A stretch of 54,179 bases of DNA, the filler included, from Dirinaria sp. TL-2023a (lineage: Eukaryota), in NCBI GenBank assembly GCA_051941275.1. It is 2 parts of 2 records of this genome, joined end to end, with 100 filler letters (N's around TTAATTAATTAA, not from the genome) between each part and the next. Parts side by side here need not be neighbours in the genome. Positions count along the whole stretch, not along the records: positions 1 to 27,076 come from JAVEBF010000151.1; 1 more part is not named here. One strand, given 5' to 3'. The position numbers and the translations under genes were made by a program. The stretch's first letter is position 1, and each line of letters begins with the position of its first letter. Below the pieces are notes generated by a model, which ran no database searches, was not told where the DNA came from, and saw nothing but the letters and a program-made list of their open reading frames with translations. Of the stretch, positions 11,801 through 23,131 are shown one piece after another.

Positions 11801-14800
11801 GCGAACTCGCTCTGTTTGAAAACAGTGTCTTGCATGTCGATACTCAACAGGAGCAAATGGGATAATTCCACGACATGCACCGGACTAAGACCACCTTTTC
11901 GAAGGAAGTTGGTCCAATCTTTCTTCGTATTCTTATCGTATATGCGGTACTTGAAATCATAAGGCAGTAGATTCTGGAGCTCGATAGGTGCTGAGAGGCG
12001 AATCCGCATGTATGGGTATACGCTGATAGTTTTAATATATTTTAAACCCCTCCAGGAATGGTAGCCACTCACCTTGTCATTGGATCATTCTTATCATAAA
12101 CAGCATTCATCTGGAAGTAGAATGGAGGTGATTGATCTTGGCTTTCGCCTTTGCATGTGATGGTTCTTGTGGACCGCTTCAAAAGATCTTTCCAGAACAA
12201 ACGTTCGTTCGACCACGCATAACCAAAGCCCTGATCTGGGCGAACGACTAACGAGTGCATGAAGCAAGCGCCTACCGGAGCAGGCCTAGCCTCACCTGGA
12301 GGTATGTGTTCTATCTTGAGTAGATGACCCTCTTCCGGGCTGAACACTCCGATCTCTACGGGGATTTGTGTCTGATTCTCGACGGATAGCGGAGAACGGA
12401 AAGTGATATACTTTACGCTATCCGTACCAAGCTTAACCTCGACAAGAAGTCGGTGCAGGATCTTGTCTTTCCGTGGCTTAAGGTTATAAAGTGCCTCACC
12501 CTCCCGATTGACCGGTATCTTCTCAATACTGTCGAATCCGCTGCCCTCTAGCTTAATCCCGACGACACCGGTACTCCCTTCTGGCGAGAGATTTTCTCGC
12601 ATTGTCGTGGGGTCCTCGAAGCGCCAATGCTTCTCTTCGCCATCGCTCAGCTTAGCCGCTGACCCTTGATCCTCCTCCTTGGTTGCAGCCCACACATTCA
12701 AATCAAATCCAGTGTAGTTGCGGATTCTATACGGGGCGTCGGCCTGCCTCGGCTTCGACAATATGTCCTCATCAGTTGACAGAAATTGCGCCGACTTAGA
12801 AGCCAGAGCGATTGTAGCGGTAGTGACAGTGAGCTCGAGATTCTTATGGGAATAGACATCAATTGACATACGGTCGGGGTTTAGATCCTTTGACATGTGG
12901 AAACCCAGCTGCCAGGGCTCAATCAATGGTTCCCAGGCCGATTTCGAGAAGTTGTAAACATTAATGTATGTGTCGAAACTGACATCGCCGGTCATCGTAC
13001 TTGACCAGTCTCGCACATCTACATTGAATTTTTTGATGCTAAGGTCAAGCAGAGGTAATTCGTGCGTGTCGCCTATAAGAATTACTCGAACGCCTTCAAC
13101 TACGGCATTCATTTCTTCTCGGTTCATAACAATGGAGCCTTCGCCTTTGCTTTTGCCAACCTTAGCGGTTTCAGTAGGCGCTATGGATCGGCTCGTCCGT
13201 TTTGCCACAGTAGAGGTTGGCTTTGCAGCTATAGATTGGCGTTTCACAGACTTGGTACTCTTGCCTGTAATCTCTTTGATCTTGGTCGGTTCAGTGTCTT
13301 CAGCCTTGTGTCCTTTGTCATTCGTTACCTCCGACGCTTTATTGATGATTTGCAGAGCGAGCAGGATATCACGCAAGGACAGCCGTAACACCAACGGTTC
13401 AATGTCGATAGAGATGCTCGTGAGGGATGAGTTGTTGCTTTGAAAGTGGCTGTCCATCGACATTTGGATCGAGAAGTCGTCGAGGATACGCAACCTCGTC
13501 GTATCGAATTTGTCCATTCGGCACAGAAACATACCGACCTTACTCACTTGAATCGTTGATGCGTTCTGTTTTGATAGTAGAACTTGTTTTGTGCCCAGAA
13601 CAATAGCCTCCGAATTAGAGATAGTGGGGTTGGCGATAAGGATGACTTGTGCATCAACGATATTGATCCGGAATGACATTGCCATAGTACTTTGATTGTC
13701 GGCACTAGGCTCGGATGAACTCTCCTCCAGGGAGCCTACCTGTCCCTCCACTGGAGTTGTAGCATTCTCCTCTTCCTCGGATGGCGCTGAATCGGAATCA
13801 GCATCGTCTACCTGCATTGGCTCCTCCGAAGAAAATGCAGTAGCTGCAAAGGCTTGGACTGCTAAGAGATACTCTACTGCAAGGATAACCCTAGGACTGT
13901 CGATGGTAAGCATTGCAATCATGTGCCTTTCTTGACCGCCAGACATCGAAACGCTGGCCATGAATTGCTGTTTGACATCGTTATTGATCAAGGACATGAT
14001 TTTTCGGAATTTGTTAGTCCCTTTGGTCCTGCTATCCTGAATGGTGAAGGAGTTGATAAGCAGTTCAGACTCCAACGAATCGTCGCTCTTCATGCGCAGC
14101 TTGACACTAGTGTCATTGATTGCGAATTTTGATAGGCTTGCGGCTGCCAAATCACCAACAGGCGTGTCGTCGTTAGCCAAAATCAGCTCAAGCCCAATCT
14201 TTGGAGCTCGGAAGAGAAGATCAATTTTTGTCCGGCTCTCCTCGTTTGAGGCCAATTCGGGCCCTTGATGGGTTAGTGCTTTGACTCTTCTCTCTTCGTC
14301 CCTATACTGTTCGGATACCCTTTTAGCCGGCTCAACCGTAGACTTAGGTAGCTCTTGCATGGCTTCTTCTTCACCCTGCTCGGGATCTGAAGCGAATGCA
14401 CTTGGAACTGTCTTTGACAGCTCCATGAGGAACTTCATTTGAGTCTGCGCCACGCGCAAGTTGATGGGGGACATGTTACCTTCAACTTCAAGGTCAGGGC
14501 GTTGCGCATCTTTCTGATGCTCGGCGTAAGTGACATTGAACTCAAGATCCACTTTGTCTATCATTTCTAGCTCTTCGGATTTCTCGTCCTCATAATGAAA
14601 TAGCGAAGTCATACGAACGTTCCTTATGCCAGCGGAAAGCTTGTTTGCCGGCTGCCCGTTTTTGGATTCGCTTATGGGTTCGAACTTGTTACTTGCGAAA
14701 ATTTCCCCAAGGTAGGCTGTGATCAGGTCTCGAGGTCGATCATCGACCATGACCCTTGGAAAAACGAGTATGGGCGTCTTGACAAGGACATCAAAGACCA

Positions 14801-17800
14801 TCTTACTTTCACTCTCCTGGATTTGAGATGCCTGATTTGCGGCTGCTTGGCGAGCTGCGTTGAAAATCGCTTGCATCTTACCAAACTTTACAAGGAAGCC
14901 AATGATCTTCCGGAAGGGCTCTTCGAGGAAGTTTATTTTGATAGATCCTGATCGTAGAAAGACCTTTGAATCGTAGCCTGGGTAAGACTCATCATTGGAG
15001 CTGAATGTTTCGTACCTGAAGTCGGCAAGCTCATCACCATGGATTGTCAACAGCTGGCGGAGCGGCGAATCCTTGGAAGCACCTTGATTGATATCATCCA
15101 ACAATGAAATATTGCCAAGTCGAGCGTCAACGCGCATTCCTCCACTACCGAGGAAGATGCCAACATTCGCGGAATTCAGGCTTAGCGTAGCCAGCCGTAT
15201 CCCGTCATTGTTTAGAATCAACGCGACGCTTTCGAGGTCAGCTTTGATCCGGATCTTTTCAGTACCGCCGGACGAGCCAGCCGTGTTCTCTTGCTCTTTT
15301 GGCTTTGGGGACTCTGTACTTGCAGAAGCCGACTGATCAGGGCTTGTAAATGTGATAAGTACGAAATCCAGTAGAGTTAGCAGAGTTCTCCTGGTTACCA
15401 CCAAGTTGATGGTCGACATTGAAACATCTAGATTCGTGGCAATGCCTTCGTAGGTAGATTGAAATTCAGGAGAATCTGCATTGACCTTAACAAAAGTGAC
15501 ATTAAAAAGATCTCTGCCTTCTTTGGATTCAAACCCTTGGCTAGATATGATACTCTTGAACTCCGGACTAGGGTCGTCCTCGATGTAGTCATCAACGTTG
15601 AGCGATTTCAACAAGACTTCAGCGACCATGTCGAAAGGACGAAGATAGAAATCGAAGAAAAAATGCTCAGCCACAAGTTCGACGAGCAACTTGTCCGGCT
15701 TCTTGCCTTCGGGATCTGAGCGGTAAAGAGAGCCTTGAAGTTTGTCAACTGTAAACTTGACCTCAAAGTTCCTTTGGTGCAGATTTATCTCTTCAGCAGC
15801 TTTCGCCTCCCCAGGAGTAGGCTTTGAATCTTCCTCGTTTTCGGAGTCATCTTCGATGACAAGGTCATGCTCCGGGGCCGATACAGACTTTGAGCGTGAT
15901 CTTCCAACCACATCCTCTGCCCTAGATTTGGCAGCGGAGCTTTCTGGCTGAGCTTTAATAGGCGCTCTAGTGCGGCCGCCGTCCAAGGATTCATCGGCAT
16001 CAAATTTTGGAATCGCAATGTCGATCAGCTTCATCAGATTTTTGTATTTTGCGTCGGATATCGAAGCATGCAAGACAGGCATGTGACCGGAAACTCGTGT
16101 CTTAGTGAGATCTGTGTTCTTAGGCATGATACAAGTTTCCAAGAGGAAGTCCATGTTTATCCGGTCGATTATACGTAGCCTCTTGGGATCTTCTTCAGCA
16201 TTAAGCTGCTTTTTAGTCGCTTCAATACCAGGTCCAAGAAGCAGCTGCGTGGAGTCAAGCTTCAAATTGAATTTATCGTACATTAATTCTTCTAGCTGCT
16301 TGAAGTCTTCCTCGTTGTATTGCTTCTTCTGCTTAGATTGAACATCATTCATGGTCTCCTTATCAACAAGCTCGCTGTTGAGACTAACGTGACCGGCATC
16401 TAGAATCATACAGAGGGCGCTCTCCTTTGTGATACTTTCTGGTATGATGATAAGGGGAGCCTGAATATCGAGATTCGCATTGACAGTCTTGTGCTCCTCT
16501 AATGCAAATTCAAGACCGGCCCTTGTCTGCTGTCGAATACCTTCGACTGTAGCGCCGGCGGTCTCCATGAGCGCTCCAATGGATTCCATATGGGTCTCGG
16601 GAGGCTTGAAGAATTTTACCACTTCGACAATGAATGCCGGATTGTAGATGACTTCGATACTCTTGAGCTTCATCATGACGGAAGAGTCGGCGCTTCCGTC
16701 GAGCGGGTTTTGCTCGAAGATGAGGTGGAAGAGGGCATCTTTATTCTTCGCGTCCTGCTCCTTCGAAGAATTATCCGGACTTGTCGGGCTACCAACAGGC
16801 ATCTGCGCCGCTGCAGGTGGCCCACCCTTGACACTGACGATCTGTGGAAAGAGGCTACCCTCAGTAGTACCATCATATACCCGTAAACCTCCGAGGCTAA
16901 TGTCGGCCAACATAGAGTCTGGACGCTGCATGGCCTTGGCTTGGAAATCATCAAACACCAGACTGAGTATTTCAGTGCCTCTACCGTGGGTGTCACGCTT
17001 TAAAGTGAAGCTTCCAGTACGCAGCGAAGACTCTACCTGCAACTTGATCGACTCGCGAGGGACATCAACACTCTCGGTAATAGCTTTTTTCTCATCCCAA
17101 TCGATAGCGTCGTAGAGCTCCTTCCTCTGTTGTTCGGTCATAGTGGTGTTCTCGTCTTCCTTGGATTCTGGCTTCTGGCCCCAAGCCCACTGTGTCCACG
17201 TCTGCTTTGGTGGCGCTTTCTTGACCCCAACATTCTCTTTCCGGAGTTGATTCCGAGCGAGCGATCGCCAGAACCGTAGGTCTTCATAGCTTGATTTACG
17301 TTCGAGAGCATCCATCTGCTGCGTCTCCGTGGCGTTCATCTTCTCCTCTTTCTTTTTCTTCTTGAACAGCTCGATGTAGCGGAGGCGGTCGTCTCTCCTC
17401 TCCCTAATGTAATCCCACGTCCACTTTTGGTTCCGCTCGTGTATTTTGGTATGGACAGACGTAAAAGCGAATCGTAGCCAGGCCTTTGGATCCTCCTTGG
17501 GCGTAGCGGCAGGCTGGTATTTCTTGTACTCTTGATGGCGCACAAAATAATGGAAGAGATCCACCATCATCAGAGCGTCTCTGTATTGCTCGTCGTCCAC
17601 GACGAAGCCAAGCTCTTGAAAAAGAAGCCGTGCTCGAATCTTGGGTTTGTCAAGCTTCCCAGTCTTGTCGATCTCGATTGCAGCCCGGCCGCTAACGGGT
17701 TTCAGCATGTACTGCTGCTTCTCGCTGCTGTCCAGAGCGTTTCGGAATTTCTCCACCATATCATTATGGCTCGACTTTTGCGCTTGGGCTCCAACATCAA

Positions 17801-18485
17801 CACCCTTGCCCGTGCCAAAAAGATCGGCGTCGGTGTTCCAGTAAAAGGCCAGTTCGCCCAAGGTGGCAAGCTTGTTTGTTGTTCCGGACGTTGACTGGAT
17901 GAAGCTCGGTTTCCAATCTTTGTCTGTACTGACAGCGCTGAGTTCCTTGATTGTAAAACCAACTGCGAAAGGATGCCCAGCGGTAGAGATAGCATCTTCG
18001 TAGCGGATATGGATGTTCTTGATCGAGACTTGCAGATTGTCCACGATTGCTGTAGTAAGGCTCTCAGTGAAGCTCTGGCTCTTCTGCTGCTCCTCCGGAC
18101 TTGCACCCTCGGGGCTCCGCTGCTTCAGCAACTCTGCATTCTCCAGCTTCTCCATCTTAACATCGTGCGCTCTTCTGTTCTCCTCCTCTTCATTGTATTC
18201 TTCATCTTGTTTCGGTGCGGCGAGCAAAAAGACGTCCTCTATATTGACCCTAACGGGTTTGCCTCGAAGGTTTGTCCATGGAATGGACATTGTAAGCTGA
18301 CCAAGATGACCTTCCACGACATTGATGGGAAGATGCATCTGGTCAAGCGCTTCTTTGCGAAGCTCAAGGTTGCGTAGCTTCACATCACCGTTCCAAATTC
18401 CGACATTGAGCTGTTTGGCGTCGAAGTTGTGGACGTACATGCCCAGGAAGCGGTTCAGCAGACCAGCAACAAGACCTTCGAGCAT
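8818..18485 (-). CDS. VPS13: Vacuolar protein sorting 13, bridge-like lipid transfer protein, 3188 aa, 3 exons (18485-12073, 12022-11702, 11650-8818)
   Basis: Chorein N-terminus MLEGLVAGLLNRFLGMYV, C-terminal GSADFLGNPVGLF and ATG2-C-like Gly-rich helices. Introns 12023-12072 and 11651-11701 join three ORFs in frame (9567 nt). Confidence 0.97.
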
Positions 18486-19186
18486 GTTTGCGCTGGGTAG
18501 CCGCTACGCGGGCAACTAAAATGGTAAGATAGAAGATGTAGACTCTGATGAGTACCTATGAAAGTGAATGCGTGTCACAAGGAGGGGCCTCAATCCAATT
18601 CCCTCCAGACCATGGCGAAGACAGCAAAGCAGGCGACAGTATGCCCGCTGTGCGCGTTTTATTGCTCTCCGTGCAGCTTTCACGTGAAAGAGCTTTTGTG
18701 TGCAGGGACATTCAGAGTGTTAAAGTATTGTTACCGATGCTCAGTGGACATGGCAGGAAGGCGCAGCTGTTAGTTCGTTAGCCAGAAACTCAAGTCGCTG
18801 TTGGAGGTTGAAGCGGTTCATGGACCGACCGTTGTTGACGATACGCTTGGATTCTATCGCACTTTTTGCTTGAGAAAGCGAAAGAACAGGTCTTTCTCGG
18901 AGATAATTGCTTGACTGTATGCAAGCTACCGCTGTCTCTGCACAAACCTGCATTCAACGCGTGACTCGAGGTCCGACGTCACCACAGCCATTGCTGACTA
19001 ATCAGCATTGGCTGTCCTCTGGTCAAGGTGCTTATGTAGATTATCTACCTAATTACCCGAGGACCTTAAGGTACCCGGTACCGGAAACTAAGAGCCAACC
19101 AACAGCTGCCCGCTGAACCACGGTCAATAAGAGTCAGGTTCTTTCCAATCTGTTCAATCGTACCCATCTCCACTCAATTGGTCGCC

Positions 19187-20339
19187 ATGTTGCGCTCCGG
19201 AGCTGCAGGCTCCTTGGGCCGAGTGGTGCGCAAACCAAAGCTTCCAACTCGCGTGTTATCAAAACCACTGGCACGCTCCACAGCCAAACCACCCCTCCCC
19301 AGCAGCCTAGCTTTGACCACCTACAAGGGCTTCAGTACCTCTTTACAGCGGTATCAGACTAGCGATAGGATAGACATCAAACACGAGAAGGAGGTAGCAA
19401 AAGAACATTTAGAGCCACATCCTGACCAGGTCTCGTCCGTCTCATCTGTACACCAAGTGTTCCATGAGCAAGGCGTTAAGGAGCCGGAGAAAGACGAAGA
19501 TATGCTTGCCGGCATCAAGTCAGACTGGGTACGCACCTACGCTGGTCCACTTGGACCCTGGCAGGATCTTACTGACTGCTGCTACGATTGTAGAAAGTTG
19601 TAAAGGCAACTTTTGCCCTAGATGAAGTCCCGAGAGAAGCGCTCTATATAGGTTTCGCCGGCGTGTTGCCCTACATGGCTACATCTCTTTCAACGGTCTA
19701 TCTGGCCTTTGATATCAATCATGCCCAGGATTGGGGGACTGGCTTCCTCTTCTCAAGCGAGACTGCGGAACTGATCTTGCACGTTATTGAACCCATCCAA
19801 ATCGGCTACGGCGCCGTTGTACGCTTGATTGCCTCCGAAGCCATCAAAAGGGAAGCTGACGTATATAGATAATATCCTTCCTCGGCGCCATTCACTGGGG
19901 TCTCGAATGGGCAAAATTTGGCGGCTCCCACGGGTACCGACGCTACGCTTATGGAGTCGTCGCCCCCGCCGTCGCCTGGCCCACGATTCTCTTTCCCGTC
20001 GAATACGCACTCATCTCGCAATTCTTGGCCTTCACCTTCCTGTACTATGCCGACGCCCGAGCAGTCGTCAAGGGCTGGGCTCCCCAATGGTACTCGACTT
20101 ATCGCTTTGTGTTAACATTCGTGGTGGGAACAAGCATCGTGTTAAGCTTGATCGGCAGGGGCGAGATCGCTGATAAAATTTCGAAAATGCCCGGACCGGC
20201 AGATCGTATGAAGGCATTGAAGGATAGTCAGCTGCAGAGTTTCGCCGAGGAGGAAGAAGCGAAGAGGCAGAGACTAGCGCAAGAGGAGGAAGAAGAAGAT
20301 GAAGAAGACGAGGATGAGGACGAGGATGAGGAAGATTAG
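19187..20339 (+). CDS. DUF3429/TMEM69-like mitochondrial membrane protein, 345 aa, 3 exons (19187-19528, 19594-19818, 19869-20339)
   Basis: Basic presequence-like N-terminus, motifs GFAGVLPY and YGAVIISFLGAIHWG, acidic tail. Introns 19529-19593 and 19819-19868. Confidence 0.85.
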
Positions 20340-20976
20340 ACTAGCATACGATGATAGGATTTTAGTCGGCTGGGGAAGACTCCGATACACAAACAGCCAT
20401 GACCCGCTTTAAGAGGGTGCTACATCCATGGGCTAGACTCCGCTGAATCTAGCAGCGGCCTGACGCGATTTTTCATTCCTGTTGAAGCCAGTAAAAACCG
20501 AATGTGGAACTCCAACCTCTGATGTACCTGCAACACCCCTTTTAGGGCTTTCCGAGGGCTATTTGACCCTGTATTCCTGTCTAGTAGGCGTGCTCGCGTG
20601 TACCTGTAGAGTGTAGATACCTACAGTATGCACTTACATAACGTAGTTCTGATTTTATAATTGTAGCTAAAACTTCAGAAAACGAATGGGCTGGTCTGAT
20701 GATGCCAATCCTTGTGGTAAGCTCATGATGTATATCAGCTTTGTCAAAGATGTCTACTTGTCTCAGGGTAGAACTCAACATAATGGTACGCCCGGAGCTC
20801 GACCACAAGTAACTAAGTATACAATCTCGTATAATCGCCAAGTCGAACGCTCACGATTCTAACGTAGTGATATTCCTATTTCTTGATGTACAAAAATTCC
20901 ATGCTGGTCTATCTACAATCAGCAGGACCCAACTCTCTATTGTCTACATAAGGTATCCCTCACCATCAAGCAAATA

Positions 20977-21942
20977 ATGTCTTCCCAATTCTCTCCATCC
21001 TTTCGACCCACCTACAAAAGAGAGCAGATTTCCGCCTACTTTGATCATGTTAAACTCCCCCTGGAGGTTCAGCAAAATCTGCTTTCTCCATCCTTCCACC
21101 TCGATACCCACCCAGGCGATGTGATCGAAGCTCTACGTATCGTTCAAATTCACCAGCTCTCACATGTACCTTTTGAAAACCTCTCAATCCACTACTCGCC
21201 GCATCACGCGGTATCGATCGATGCGGAGGTCTTATTTCAAAAGATCGTCGGCAATGCCCGGGGTCGAGGGGGCTACTGCATGGAAAACAATTGCTTTCTC
21301 GGCACGGTCCTTCGTAGTCTCGGTTTCAACATCTATAGTGCCGGTGCCCGGGTGCTCGATGGCCATCGCTACACCGGTTGGGGCCACATGGTCAATATTG
21401 TCACGCTGGTAGACCGCAGCAAATACGTGCTAGATGTTGGCTTCGGCGGTGACGGGGCTACTCGCCCTCTCCCGCTCGTTGACGGGCAGGTCAGCCAAGG
21501 GATATGTGACCAAGAGCTTCGCTTGATCAAGTCCAACATTGAACCCAACACTGACCCCACGCAACGTCTCTGGATCTACCAAGTCCGGTCTATAGCGCAG
21601 GATGAATGGCGCACGGTCTATGCGTTCACGGAGTTGGAGTTTTTGCCACAGGATTATGAGGTTATGAACTTCTTTACTAGTCAGAGTAGGAAGACGTGGT
21701 TCACACGGGCGGTGATGGCTGTGAAGATGCTGATGGCGGAGAAAGGGGAGAAGGTAATTGGGAAGGTATCATTGTACGAGGGTGTCGTGAAGAGGACTCT
21801 AGGCGGCCAGACGGAGGAAGTGGCGAGGTGTAAGACCGAAGCGGAGAGAGTTCAAGCGTTGGAGACATGGCTTGGGATTGTCTTGACTGAGGATGAGAGG
21901 AGGGGGATTGGGGGTTTGGTGAGCGATTTGGGCAATGGGTAA
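20977..21942 (+). CDS. Arylamine N-acetyltransferase
   Basis: VPFENL, RGGYCMENN (catalytic Cys), GHMVNIV (His) and LDVGFG (Asp). Intronless, 321 aa. Confidence 0.93.
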   Translation: MSSQFSPSFRPTYKREQISAYFDHVKLPLEVQQNLLSPSFHLDTHPGDVIEALRIVQIHQLSHVPFENLSIHYSPHHAVSIDAEVLFQKIVGNARGRGGYCMENNCFLGTVLRSLGFNIYSAGARVLDGHRYTGWGHMVNIVTLVDRSKYVLDVGFGGDGATRPLPLVDGQVSQGICDQELRLIKSNIEPNTDPTQRLWIYQVRSIAQDEWRTVYAFTELEFLPQDYEVMNFFTSQSRKTWFTRAVMAVKMLMAEKGEKVIGKVSLYEGVVKRTLGGQTEEVARCKTEAERVQALETWLGIVLTEDERRGIGGLVSDLGNG

Positions 21943-22016
21943 GATAAGAGGTCGAGGGATAGGACTTGCAGCAGTGCTATGAATCGAAAGCATGTGGACG
22001 AGTATGATTTGAAGGC

Positions 22017-22435
22017 CTAGAAATATCGCGATTCCAACTGCTACACGGTAAGTATTTGCGAAGAAAAGGAAAAGGTGTGCGCACCCTCCAGGGATTGTTC
22101 AGCTCGAAACCCTCCGGGGCCTCGACTTTGTCCGTCTGCCCTCGCAGCATGCCCGTTAACCGCCTATCTCGGTCCATCACTGCGATTTTGTTCAGCTTTG
22201 GTATCCAATATGTGCTATGGCACGATTCCATCGTACTCTGCCTGTCCCATTGGTCTAGTGAGTGCCTCGCTCGTTTTCCGCCGTTCTGGACGTGTCGGAT
22301 TTTCGTGAGAGCTCCTCCAGTGAACATGAACATCTGAGCTTTTCTTTAGTGGTTTGGCCGCTGGCGGGGCAAGGAGTACCAGCATACGCCGAGCATGATC
22401 CCGTAAGGAATGAGGGCTTCGAAGGGAACACCCAT
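22017..22435 (-). CDS. NDUFA1: NADH:ubiquinone oxidoreductase MWFE subunit, 86 aa, 4 exons (22435-22388, 22333-22237, 22179-22085, 22037-22017)
   Basis: Spliced product MGVPFEALIPYGIMLGMFMFTGGALTKIRHVQNGGKRARHSLDQWDRQMMDRDRRLTG..ELNNPWRLESRYF matches the fungal MWFE subunit. Three GT-AG introns. Confidence 0.92.
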
Positions 22436-23131
22436 TGTTGCGCCGGTTCAGGATCTGGCGGCGGCGGCGACGTCACGAGCAATTCGGTTGCTCTCGAAAA
22501 TCTTGGAATGGCCGACCAAGGCGACTGACTGCCTACGTCAGAAATGGGGGTTAGGTATAGATGATGGTAATGTGAAGCTGGAGATGAACGGGTCCAGATA
22601 GCAAAGTAGATACAGAGGGAGGGGGTGATTGTTTGGGTGAGGGTTGATCGCGCTAAGCGCAAATCGACCCCCAGCAATCCAAAGGGGACGCAACTTGCCA
22701 TCATCGTCTGTAATTCCACCAAGACCTCTCTCGCTTTCACAGCTCAATCTACGCGTCGCATCAGCCTTTGGAGTGAGATAAGTCGTGAAATTTCCCCGAA
22801 TGTGGGTTTGCGACCGTGGTAACGCCAGCCCTACGAGAGCTGCACCTCCAACGTGAAGTTTTTGCTCACGAATCACTACATCCTCGCCAGCGCATCTGAG
22901 AATCATCTGGAAGCCATCGACCATCTCAAATCTGTTATAATAGTATTGGACATACTGTGGGCGCCACGAAGAGCGTCCTAGCTGCGCTTCCTCGCAACGA
23001 AAGCTCTGCCCCTCCAGAACGAAGCTCCCCTTTACCTACAGCGGCCCACAGCTTCGGAACTATCAGAAGCCACCTAAATGCCTCGCAGATAAGCTTGAAA
23101 AGTCAACCTGGCGACTACAACTACAATCACA

